A stretch of 64,000 bases of DNA from Octopus vulgaris (taxonomy: Eukaryota). The stretch spans positions 40,486,001-40,550,000 of the forward strand of contig OX597825.1 of assembly GCA_951406725.2 (NCBI GenBank), written 5' to 3'. A model generated the notes under the pieces. It had not been told where the DNA came from and searched no databases. It saw only the letters and a list, made by a program, of their open reading frames with translations. A program made the position numbers and the translations under genes. This document shows, one piece after another, positions 27,127 to 40,680 of this stretch (its first letter is position 1; the number at the start of each line of letters is the position of its first letter).

Positions 27127-27285
27127 ATTCACATTATATATATTTGATGGATATTTGTCCTCATCTTGTTTATAGTTAACGCAATGTTTCGGCTGATATA
27201 CTCTCCAGGCTTCATCAGGTGTCTTGGGAACATTTCGAACATTGGTTCTCATTCCAAAGGTATTTTTCGATATCATCATCATCAA
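27127..27285 (-). mobile_element. Distal part of the 3' pLTR of the Penelope element at 28.2-29.2 kb
   Basis: Carries a hammerhead motif; same strand as the PLE and separated from it only by (TAA)n and the RLE insert. Confidence 0.75.
27178..27223 (-). ncRNA. Minimal type I hammerhead ribozyme (degenerate)
   Basis: GACAC-CUGAUGA-A-GCCUGG..UCAGCC-GAAAC-AUU-GCGUU; one mismatch each in stems I, II and III. Confidence 0.7.
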
Positions 27286-27986
<701 letters not shown>

Positions 27987-28019
27987 TTCAGTTATGGCTT
28001 TCTTAATCATTAGTTGATC

Positions 28020-28088
<69 letters not shown>

Positions 28089-28091
28089 GTA

Positions 28092-29150
<1,059 letters not shown>

Positions 29151-30887
29151 AATCAACCCAATGGCTGCAATATGTTCATGACACCTTTATACTGTGGTGC
29201 CAGGAGGAACAATGTACATATCAATCTTTCTAGACGTAATAAAAATGTTCATAACTGTTATTTATCTTAGGAACTTGTAACTTACTGCGAAAGAAAATTG
29301 CTTCTATCGTATGACAATGTTGCCCTACACTTTTAATGTTTGTTTCATTGCAAATAGTCATGTGATTAGTGTGATTTGTGGCAATCATTTTACGTATAAG
29401 GCTAGGATTTGCTTCCTTTGTAATGTAATTTGTTGAAATTTAGATATCTCGCGTTGTCTTAACTTTTTAGTAGGGAAAATCACAATGGATTTAATAGACA
29501 TTACACAAATACCCTGATTCTACCTCAAATAAAACGGATTGTGGTGTTTCCGAGCCAATATAAAGAAAAGAATCTTTGTGTGTATATGCGTGTGTATGTG
29601 TGCATGACAACAGTTGCGTATAAGCTTGAATATATATTTTGCAAAACAATAATAATGCATTAGGACGAAAATTTTGAATAAACTCTATTGAAGCTACGCC
29701 TTTCGAGAAATACAGCTTCTAATATTGTGGTACTTGTACATTAACAACAAATTCACGAAATTTTGACAGGTTCCATTTTCATAATAGCAATTTATATGGT
29801 TAGTCACAGTTGCGTTCAATATTTTTTCATATTAATGAATACATGCGAATAGACTTGAATTTCTTTCTAAACTCAAGGTACTTTCAATGGTAGGTATCGC
29901 ATGTTTCTCCAGTAAATCTCACACGCACTTCTGTGAATAGTGTCTTGGTCTTGTGTAGTAGTTTAAATCCAAATATTGATAAGGCGAGGACACCTTTGAG
30001 TTACTGATTGCGGAAATATAATTTATTCTAAGATTGTGCATAGAACTGTGTTTAGTTTTTGTGATACTAATTCACTTGAATTGTGTTAATGGGATTTAAT
30101 GGTCAATGCAATCTGAACTGTACTTGTTTTCATTCCCTTTTGAACTGATACGTTCAGACACCTCTGCGTTTCGGGAAAAGTTAATAATTTTGCATTACTT
30201 CATAGTTAGGTAATTTCTTTTCTTTGTTTATTGAGTTTTTATCTGAAGAGTCTTAATTTACTGATTACTTACGTTAGTTTTGTGACAAAGGTTAAGATAT
30301 AAGCACATTAGTTGTTAAGGATATTACTAATTACCCTATGTAATAGTTCATTGTTAATTATATGGCTTTTTGAATATAAATATTAGAAATATTTGCTAGT
30401 TTTTTTGTGTATCTACTTTATTCATTTCTAGTTTCCTTGTATAGTTGCTTGACGTTAAATGCTACTTTGATATTGAGTAAGTTTGATGTTAATTCTTCAG
30501 GTCGTGTCTTAAGATACAGCTCAGAATGGAACCTTGTACTAGATGTTGCCTGGTAGGATATATTATTTCATTTAAAAATTATTCTGTAGAATTTATTTCC
30601 AATGTCTTTTTGTGGTTTTGTTGAATTTTGGAAAAATCTTCGTTCTCTTTCTATTAAGACAAATTGGGATATCTATATATCTGAAATACATATTACTTTC
30701 ATCATTGACATGTGATAATTCATGACAATTCGCACGTGATTCGAAGAATTTGGGAAAGTGTTTGCTAATTTGTGGTGATAACTCAGAGTGAGACACAGGT
30801 GGTGACATCTGTGTTGGGACTGTTGCGTATAATGAAGTGTTTCCTCTTTAGTAATGTGTGAACTTATAGTCTTACAGTTGAGAGTGA

Positions 30888-31024
<137 letters not shown>

Positions 31025-31299
31025 GTGGATTGTTGACAGATCGGCTCCATGTAAGTTGGCTTTATTAGTATAGAAAAAACTGTTTCTTGCTAAATATTTT
31101 TTGTCAAAGACATATTTAACGTCTTCTCCTTCAACCTAAATAAATCTTTAAATAATAAATTTTAACCCCCACCTCACCCCACCCCTTGGGTGAATTTCCA
31201 AAAAACTTTCTTCAGTTTTCTTTTGCCATCTGCTAAGCGAAAATAGCTAAATCAAATCTCATTGACCTCCCGCATCTACAGAAGGCGGAGGGGAGGGAA

Positions 31300-32160
31300 G
31301 CTTATAAGAAAAGAATGTCGTTTCGCTTGAACGCACAAGAACGCCAATTTGGCTGTAGAAGATACAAAGTAAAGACAACGTTTACTACTAGAAACCTCCA
31401 GTACGACCATCATCACCACCCCAAACAACACGATCAAGTAATTTTGCCGCAGCTTTAAAGCTGAAGAAAATAATTATGTCGTTTTCGAAGGAAGAATTAC
31501 TTGCATGCAAGACAATGTTTTAAAAAGATGAATACATTAAACAACTGCAAACACCGGGAAAAAAGACTCATTTACAAAACACTCAACTTAAAAACAAGAC
31601 TTTTCAAGAAACATTAGAAAAATGTTTATGGCCCATATGGGCCTTTAAAGAATACATCACTAGAGGAAAAAAAAATGCCACGATTGAACTTAAATTCGAC
31701 AGTGAAGAACAAGCCAAGAGCCTCTCCACAAAGTCTTTTGAATCGGAGAATCTAAGGATTATTATTCCTACATACCTTGGTCGTAGGGTCACAAAAATAA
31801 AAATCAAAGATATGCCCCTGAGATACAAAACAAAATGTCTTGTGTCCGACATTTGTTATGATATCGTGGAGGCAATCCACATCGTGGAAATCGCTGTCCT
31901 GAACCAGCAAAATTGGTCAAGGAGTGAAAATCCTTGCTCAAGTTGATTCAATCCGCATTGAAATGATTCCACATCTTATCAAACTGGCAGACGGTTCGAA
32001 TTTCTATGTGGCCGTCGAAGGCAGAAAGCTACGTTGCTACGTTTGTGGTAGTAAGTCATACCTAAAAATCCATTCCCCATTAGAACAGAAATAACAACAA
32101 CAATAACAAAAACGACAAGATAAAGAACAAGAACCGCAACAAGAAAACCAAAAAATACGC
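31300..32160 (+). mobile_element. Tx1/L1-like ORF1 (gag-like) remnant
   Basis: Long frame ETLEKCLWPIWAFKEYITRGKKNATIELKFDSEEQAKSLS...PTYLGRRVTKIKIKDMP, then after a frameshift VAVEGRKLRCYVCGSKSYLKIHSP (decayed CX2CX4HX4C); no ORF2 follows. Confidence 0.7.
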
Positions 32161-32284
32161 AAAATCGGTTGCGTTAATAAATACTTTTAAAAAACTCCTG
32201 CATTTTCAAATTAATTAATATATATATGTGTGTGTGTGTGTGTATGTGTGTGTTCGTGTGTGTGTGTGTGTGTGTGTGTATGGA

Positions 32285-32625
32285 AGGTTGAAAAGAAACA
32301 CCCTAGTTGATATGTATAAGGAAAATAAGAGAAGGTAGAAAATCATAAGATCATTTTATCATGAAAAATATTTTAGTACCGGTTTCAGTCACTGAGGCTA
32401 TTTCAATTTAGTATGAAAAACAATTAAATTGTGAAAAAATTAAAAGCAAAGTTTGATATATATATTACTATAGCATTCAAATATAAGGGGTATTTTCCTT
32501 GTTTTTACCTGTCTCTCTCTATATATTTTTTACTCTTGTGGGTTCGAGGTAGCTATGAAAGCTTGTCTTTGATTGTTTAAGCAGCAACAGTAGTAAACGA
32601 ATGCAGTAACAGAGAAGAAGAAGAA

Positions 32626-32687
<62 letters not shown>

Positions 32688-33300
32688 AATGAATGCGGGA
32701 GTGGTATGATAGTAGTAGGCTGTTAAAAGATCAAGTGACCTGAAAGTGACTTCTGGTGGATGATAGTAGTGATTGGGACTATTTTAATGAATTCTTGAGG
32801 TATCATTTTTAATATTTCCGTGGGTGCTATTCTATGGTCGTGGCGGATATGTCATTTGTTGTAGATGCATTCAAAAGGGATCTGCATTTTGAGATAAAGA
32901 ATTAATCTTTACTATTTCGTCGGCTACAGATTATATCGTTCCTGAATTGATAGAGGGGAAAATTCTGAAGCTGGGTTTTTGCTATTGGCGCAAATTTTCA
33001 TGTGTTGGCTGAATGCTATTTTTCTGGTTTTCGAAATTTTGATCTGGGATCTGTGCAGAGCAATCCTTTGATATAGACTGTCTTTTGTTTAGCCTATGTA
33101 TTGCTCTTGGCGCTCAGAGCAGGTTAGTGCGTATATCAGGTTCACCGAAGCACATGTGAAGTTGCTTTTCACTGTAAAAACTTCGGTGAGGGTTTTCTTT
33201 CCTTTGGATTATCTTGATAAGCTAAGAAGTTACGATCATTTGAAGTAACGCCAAGTAAGAAAGGGTAAAATAGTGATGCTTTTACATTCTATACCACCCT
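32285..33300 (-). mobile_element. Penelope-like element 3' end (GIY-YIG + pLTR)
   Basis: FTVKSNFTCASVNLIYALTC..QEQYIG*TKDSLYQRIALHRSQI; terminal region has GACU-GAAAC-CG-GUA at about 32377-32390. Confidence 0.85.
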
Positions 33301-33436
33301 GTCCCACTCCGATGATTTGGGGGACTTTTAGCATGTTACATGAAACTTTTATCCGAGACAAATAACACTGGTTTCGTTTCTCTTGCAAGTAGTGTACATA
33401 TACCGGATTAATGCGTGTGTATATATATATATATTT

Positions 33437-33810
33437 GGAACCGGAGCAGCTGTGTCGTAAGTAGCTTGCTTCACAACCACGTGGTCCCGGGTTCAGACCC
33501 ACTGCGTGGCACCTTCAGCAGGTTTCTTCAAATATAGCCTCAGCATGAGTGGATTTGTTAAACGGAAACTGAAAGAAGCCCGTTATGTATATATGAATAT
33601 ATGTGTGTGTATATGTTTGTGTGTCCCACCTTGACAATCGATGCTGGTACTTTTACATCTCCAAAACACAGAGGTTCGGCAAAAGTGCTCGATAGAGTAA
33701 GTACTAGGATCACAACAAATAAGTCCTGGAGTCGATTTGCTTGACTAAAGGTGGTGCTCCATCATGGCCACAGTAAAAATAACTGAAACAAGTAAAAGAA
33801 TAAAAGAATA
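33437..33810 (+). mobile_element. tRNA-derived SINE, family B (near full length)
   Basis: A/B-box-like head (gctgtgtcgtaag...gggttcagaccc), ggaaactgaaagaagcccg, internal (TA)/(TG) tract, tail ggtgctcca.catggcc.cagt...aaaagaataaaagaata; several copies in the window. Confidence 0.88.
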
Positions 33811-33839
33811 TATATCTCTCCCTGTTTATTTCTGCTTTC

Positions 33840-33875
33840 CTTTCTATTGAAGAGCGTAGGCTCGAAACATAAAAG
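33840..33875 (+). ncRNA. Degenerate minimal hammerhead in the 5' pLTR
   Basis: CUUU-CUAUUGA-A-GAGC-GUAG-GCUC-GAAAC-AUA-AAAG. Confidence 0.55.
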
Positions 33876-36800
33876 ACTTTCTCACTTCCCGAGCGTTTAA
33901 CTAATAGATCTGCTTGTTTACACAGACCTCTTTCTGTTTTTTCTTTTTTGGAAATTGTAACTATATATTACAAGCTTTACGTGGTCGCACCAGTGTTTTC
34001 CTGTCTCCACCTAAACTTCGAAGTATTCATGGATTATTCTACCTGGATTCTCTACCTGGAATTTCTTCTATTCTCCTACTCCTGGATGCCTACACTTAGG
34101 CTGCACCTCTTCTACGTATGGATTACACTAGACACTTCGTTTATTGAGATATCTGTCCAATATGCCACGACGTTTGAACCTTTTGAACTTTTATAAACTT
34201 TTTGTACCTTCTGCTTTTTCCTATTGTTTCCCTCAATCCGCACTTGTTATCTTGCCTCTCCCACCCTCCCTTTCTTGTGCCCTTTTGTCTTCTCTTCTCC
34301 CTTTCCTTCCCTTTCTCTTTCTTTCTTCCTTCTTCCTCCTACATTCTCTCCTTTTTTATATTTTTTCTCATCTCTTCTATTTTTCTCCTCACGCCATTTG
34401 CGTTTTTTATCCTCACGTCATTTACATTTTTTCTCCCCTTACCTTTTGAATTTTCTATCCCGCGACTTTCTTGTCTTTCTCTCTCCCCCTCTTTTTGCCT
34501 TTTTCTCCTTTCTCTTTTCTTCTCGTTTTTCAATCATGCTCGATTACAAACCATTCCCCTTCCACCTTCACCACCGTCTAAAATAACGTTTCCGCTGCTT
34601 TCAACTTTCTATTAACCTTTCCCTACCAATTTTCCAAAAACATGCTTCTATAGCCACCTTTCCTTTCTCAGTCGCTGCCTTCATCACCGCCTCACCCCGA
34701 AGGTTTCAGTCCCCATTCTCCACTCTGCTTCAACCATCCAGACCATATTCCGTACTACATACTACCGCCTTATGTGAGCCACCATTCGTTCTAATTTCTC
34801 CAAAATACACACCATCGACCGCCTTCACTCTCTGGCTTGTTCCATCTTCTCCCCTCTGTCGCCCTCCCATGCTAACCCTACGTTACATAATTTATTTAAA
34901 TCATTTCTTTCACCAATTTTGTCCTCGCACCAAACAAGGAAAACTCCACTCACTCCTCCATTCCATCACACCCGATGTCACTACCCCAACTCCTCCCCTT
35001 TTTTTCTCTCCCTCCCTAATATGCTCCTACTACCCTCTCCGTCCCTTATAAGCTCCCCGCCCTCACCAAATCCCCCGTCCCTCCATACACCCCAACCACA
35101 TGCCCCTCATCCCCTCCTTCCCAGCCTTCCACCACCGCACCATCCCTCTTACATCCGGATCTTCCCCTCTCTGAGTTGGAGCGCTCCTTCCCCAGTAGGG
35201 GTCTGCGTTTCATCCACCTCATTTCATCCAGCAACGAATTTCGGACTGTTGCCGATATCCACAGCTTTGTGTAATGCATTAGGTTGTGTGTGCTTTTCCA
35301 CGACACTCCACCAGCATCTAATGCAGAGGACTGCTTCACCGACCTAGGCCGCCGACCATCCTTGTGGACGCCAGCTCCTGGCCAGTTCCGAGCTCTCGAT
35401 TTTTTGGCGTGCGCCTGCTAGCGTGCTGTAGACTTGTACACGAGTCCCCAGCTGAACTCTCGGCCCATTCATGTCTCCGACGCCACACGGACATCATTAT
35501 AAAACCGGCCAACAAGGGTGGAGCCGTGGTAGTGTGACAGGCGGACTTCTACATGGCGGAAGCTCTCCCCCAACTTCAAGACACCTGCTTCTACTGCCCT
35601 CTGCCCTCCAACCCACGCCCATCAACCAACAGACTGTGTCCTCCACTATCCATGACCTCATCGCCTCCTCCCTCTCCCCCACCTGTAACCTCATTGTTCG
35701 CACCCCTCGCACTCCCACAATTTACTTCCACCCCCAAATCCATAAACCTAACAACCCTGGCCTCTCTATCGTCTCTGCTTGCAACTGCACCACCGAATTC
35801 ATCTCCAAATACCTTGACCGTGTCTTTGCCCCTAGCGGCTTCGTTCCACTCTCACATCACTGACACCAACCATGCTCTTCGTTTGTTCAATTCTTTCTTC
35901 TTCCCTTCTGGCCCCTCTAAACTTCTCTTCACTTTTGACATTAAGCGTCTATACACGGCGATCCCTCACCACGAGGGGCTGCGTGCACTCCAACATTTCT
36001 TTGAACTTCGACCCAACACCTAACCTGACACATCCACACACCTTCGTCTGGCCGAACTTCTCCTTCACAGGTGATTTTTACCAGAATATCTCGGGAGTGG
36101 CCATGGCTACGAGAATGGGCCCCAACTATGCGAACCTGTACGTTGGCTAAGTTGAGACCCAAATATTCTCAAATTTGACTGGTCCCACTCCTGAATTATA
36201 CGGTCGTTATATTGACGACTGTATCGGTGCGATCTCACTCTACCCCAAACATCTAGACTCTTTCCTCTGTTTTGTCAAACCTTTCTATCCTGCCCTCCAC
36301 TTCTCCTGCACTCTTTCCAACACCTCAATCACCTTTTTCGACATTTCGGTCAGCATTCATCAATCCACTCTCACCACCTCCATCCAATACAAACACAGAG
36401 ACTTATATTCATACATCAACTTCTCCTCCCACCCTATACACACCAAGCTCTCCATCCCTATTCCAAATTCCTCCGTCTACGCAGGCTCTGCTGTGACAAG
36501 CCATGACTTTCAGACTCAGTCTCAACTCATGGCTTGCCATTTCATCCTACGTGGATATCCCCTCACCACTATCCACACCGCCCTTTCAGAGCACGTTCAG
36601 GGAACCATGCAACTGCTCTCTACTCCCGCACCCACCCACCGCAACCCGTCTCCCAATTCACATCACCTACCACCCCACCACCCACATCTCCAGCGCACCA
36701 TTCTCCGAACCTTCCGGCGACTCCAGTCCGACCACTCTACTTCGCACATCTTCCATAACCAACCCCTCCCCTCCTTCAAACGAGCCCACAACCTGAGACC

Positions 36801-37880
36801 TCTTGGTCCACAGCTTTTTCCCTAACCCAACCTACTCACAGGCACCCACCATCGTCCCTCTCATATCACTGACTCCTTCACCCGCTCTTCTAGTAAGGTC
36901 ATCTACTGCACCTCCTGTTCTCTTTGTCCTTGTCTATACATCGGTCAAACGGGACGCGGCTTCGCTGACCCATTCATGGAACACCTCCGAGACATCCGAC
37001 TCGGCGACGACAGCCCAGTCCCGTGCCATTTCCGCTCTACCGGTAAACATTTATAACACATGTCTGTGTTCGGATTGTCCTTGCACAGGGGCCATCGCTT
37101 CTTCGCCGTGAGTGGGGATTAATCTTCTCTCTTCGCTTCTTTGAGCCACATGAGCTCAACTCTCCTCCCCTCTTCATCTAACCCTGCTCCTCTCTCTTCT
37201 CTTCCTCTCACACCTACTTCCTCCCACCTACATCTACTCGCTTGCTCTAGCACCTACTTCCTCTCTCCACTCCTATCCACCTTCTCTCTTCCTCCCTCTC
37301 CCTCCATCGTCACCTCCTCCCTCGTTACCCAACCCCTACACAGTCGGACCCAACCATCTCTATACATCCCATCCCACCCCACCTCATCCCTTAGATCCCA
37401 CACTTGCTTCCAACACTCTCGCCTTCCCTACAACCTAGCCCCACACCTCGCACCACCACACCACACACTACACCACACTACACCACACATCCCCATGCCA
37501 CACCTCACCATACCACACACCAGCCACTACATCACACACAATCATACCACACCAGATCATACCATCCCGCACAGACTAGCATTTCCCAGCACCCACACCA
37601 ACACACAGACTACCACTAACCATTTCCCAGCACCTACTCTATCATCCACACAACTACAAAGGCACGCACGTGCACGTCAATGTCACCAGCCCCCTTCCAC
37701 ACGCACATACACGCTTTCACATACACGCGAACGCGCAACTTCCTTTTGAAATCACCACTAGTTTATTATCTCCCCTTCTTCGTAGCTCTCCTGTGTGTAT
37801 CCTCTGCCCGGCATTCGCCATGATAAATCACTAGCCACTATACTTTTCTCTATTTTCGGTCCCTGCTTATTTCTGTGTTC

Positions 37881-37916
37881 CTCTCTGTCGAGGAGCGTAG
37901 GCTGGAAACGTAACAG
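37881..37916 (+). ncRNA. Degenerate minimal hammerhead in the 3' pLTR
   Basis: CUCU-CUGUCGA-G-GAGC-GUAG-GCUG-GAAAC-GUA-ACAG. Confidence 0.55.
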
Positions 37917-38028
37917 ACTTTCTCATTTCCGAGCGTTAAACTAATACATCTGTTTGTTGTTTACACACCCATCTTCGTCTTTTGTTTTTTCTGTAAAATG
38001 TCACTATATATATTGAAAGAAGCCCGTC

Positions 38029-38061
<33 letters not shown>

Positions 38062-38177
38062 TGAGTGTATTTTACCTTGTTAACAATTAACACGGATAAA
38101 TGAATGAATAGTTACCAGGGCAGCATGTAGAAAGTAAAAATACTTGTTTAAACCTGCGTTAACTCCATTTTTTATTC

Positions 38178-38261
<84 letters not shown>

Positions 38262-38269
38262 GTGGCATG

Positions 38270-38475
38270 TGAATGTTTGTGTGTCTCTGATTGTTCACCT
38301 ACATCGCTTGAGAACTGATGCTGGTGTGTTTACCACCCTGTAAATAAGCTGTTCACCAAAAGCAACCGATAGAATATTTACTAGGTTTACAACGAATAAG
38401 TCTCGGGCTAGATTTCTTCGACTAAAGGCGGTTCTCAAGCATGGCCGCTGTCAAATGAGTGAAGCAATTAAAAAA
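38270..38475 (+). mobile_element. SINE family B 3' part
   Basis: gatgctggtgtgttta...aataagtc...gactaaaggcggttctcaagcatggcc matches 33640-33790. Confidence 0.8.
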
Positions 38476-38532
38476 GTATATATATATGTGTGTGCATGTG
38501 TGCGTATGTGTGTGTATGTGTGTGTGTGCGTG

Positions 38533-38575
<43 letters not shown>

Positions 38576-38581
38576 GTATAT

Positions 38582-38790
38582 ATTCAAAATGTGACCGCGC
38601 GTGTATCGTTGGCGATTTTTTTCCGTCTTCCCTTCCCTGGATCTTTCATTTTCCTATGTTTCTGACGAAGAGCTCCGCTCGAAAGGTTAAATCCTCCTTC
38701 TTTCTTTCCTTTCCTTAGCGCCCAATAACACTATACTTGTTCCACATCCTCGCATTGTTGTGCTCTCTCTTTGTGTTTTCATGTTTGGAT

Positions 38791-38800
<10 letters not shown>
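38582..38800 (+). mobile_element. Solo PLE pLTR between two (TA)n arrays
   Basis: About 220 bp non-coding, contains a hammerhead motif, and ends in ...taactatata as the 33.8 kb pLTR does. Confidence 0.75.
38658..38692 (+). ncRNA. Minimal type I hammerhead
   Basis: GUUU-CUGACGA-A-GAGC-UCC-GCUC-GAAA-G-GUU-AAAU; single change from the expected GAAAC. Confidence 0.7.
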
Positions 38801-38824
<24 letters not shown>

Positions 38825-38825
<1 letters not shown>

Positions 38826-39987
38826 AATAGAAAAGAGTGAAAAAACTACAGAAAGCTTGTTTTATAAGATTAAAGAATATATTTAAGTTGTTATGTTAGA
38901 AGAATAGTGTCAGAACAGAATACCAGGAACTTTAGACTACAAGAACTCAAAAAGACCCTTAGCGACAGACACTACCCAGTTCAACTCATAGAGGATGGGA
39001 TCAGACGTGCAACAGAAATCGACATAGAAACTTTGAGAAAAGTTCAACACAACAACACACCTTCTCCGAAAATACTGCCTTACATATCCACATACAACCC
39101 CAGAAACAAAGAAGCCTTCACCATCATCACACAGAATTTAACAATACTTCATAAGGACCCCAAATTAAAGAAAATTCTAAACATACATAAAATCATTAAA
39201 AGCTAAATCACTTAAAAAGATTTTCACAAAGGCAAAATTGTTTTCTGAAATTACGGATGCAAAAGTAAAAAAAATGGGGTAAACCAAAGTGCGCAACATG
39301 CCCAAAACTTCTAGAAGGATAAGAATTCCTTTTCAAAGAGGGACAAACATTTAAGATCAGATCTAATTTTATGTGTGCTTCTGAAAACATAATTTATGTC
39401 ATACGGTGCTTGGGCTGCCACCAAAACTACGTGGGGTCCACGGGATTATCACTCAGACGTAGATGCACTCTGCATCGACAACAGATTGCATTCCCAGAAT
39501 ACAGAATGATGCCCTTTAGTGAGCATATTGAGAAATGCGCAAAGCAACAACTACCACAATTTTTAATCTTTCCATTCTATCAATATGCTATTGGAACACC
39601 AACACTAATTAGATTAAGCAAGGAAACATTCTTCATTGAAAAATATAAGCCTGAACTTAACCATTGAAACATTCCTATACAGAGAATCTTATCCCATCAA
39701 ATAAGGAAAAATAAATATAAAGCGATTATCTCCCTTATACCGGAAGAAATCGCTTATTAACTCCCCCTGCCTGGAACTCATCGTTGCACTGCATAACGAA
39801 GACATAACACGATGTTGGTAAAGACATTTGAGAAATTTGAAAAGTTAACACGAAATCGGTAATTTCTTCAAAAACTATGTTACTATATGAAAAATTTTAT
39901 AACATTCTTCTAACGTAACGACTTAAACATATTGTTTGACCTTATAAAACAAGCCTTCTGTAGTTTTTTCACTCTTTTCTATTTTTT
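38825..39987 (+). mobile_element. 5'-truncated Penelope-like element (thumb + GIY-YIG) with inverted terminal copy
   Basis: RHYPVQLIEDGI, LPYISTYNP, CASENIIYVIRCLGCHQNYVGSTGLSLRRRCTLHRQQI; 38825-38905 is the reverse complement of 39904-39984 (7 mismatches in 81 bp); flanked by (TA)n. Confidence 0.93.
39830..39868 (+). ncRNA. Minimal type I hammerhead with U3-A8 core
   Basis: GAGAAAU-UUGAAAA-GU-UAAC-AC-GAAA-UCG-GUA-AUUUCUU; 7-bp stem I. Confidence 0.65.
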
Positions 39988-40028
39988 ATATATCCAGCCA
40001 CGTGCTTTCACACACCAGCTCTCTCACC

Positions 40029-40117
<89 letters not shown>

Positions 40118-40434
40118 AAATTAGAGATAAAACCACTATTAGGCAAATCAAACAGTGAAAATCATAAGCCAATGCATAGAAATAAAATTAATTAAAAAAT
40201 ATTAAAAATATAAAATATAAAAATCCAATTAAAATATTTAAATTAAAGTTTAAATTTTAAAAATTATTTAAATTAATAAATTAAACTAATAAATTTTAAA
40301 TATATATATATATTTATTATTATTTTATTTAATTATTTATTTATTTATTTTTTACTTTAAACTATCAAAAAGTATTAAAAGTTTAATATAAGATAAAGAG
40401 TAAAAACACAATATATTTATATTTATATTTATAT

Positions 40435-40680
40435 GTATAATGTTTATAATTATAAGTATAATTATAATTAGGGTTTAGCAAAAACTTTGCTTCACCACAT
40501 ACCAGAATTTCGAAATAACAGTTTAATCTAATATTCTCTACCATAAGAAAATCTCCAATAAGTTTCAATGGTAGAGCAATACCTAGTTTTAACTGCTATT
40601 TCTAAACTTCGGTATGTGGTGAAGCAAATATTTTCTTGAAAACTAATTATAATTATACTCATAATTATAAAAAACATTTG
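40435..40680. repeat. Imperfect palindrome, arms ~110 bp
   Basis: tttgcttcaccacatacc / ggtatgtggtgaagcaaa; ctctaccat / atggtagag; agtataattataattag / ctaattataattatact. Confidence 0.85.

Larger units (their letters stand above)
33815..38012 (+). mobile_element. Near full-length decayed Penelope-like element (Neptune-like) with direct pLTRs
   Basis: IKPANKGGAVVV, IHKPNNPG, FTFDIKRLYTAIPH, GVAMATRMGPNYANL, YGRYIDD, VIYCTSC..C..LYIGQTGR; 33815-33968 is repeated at about 37855-38012; many frameshifts. Confidence 0.95.
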
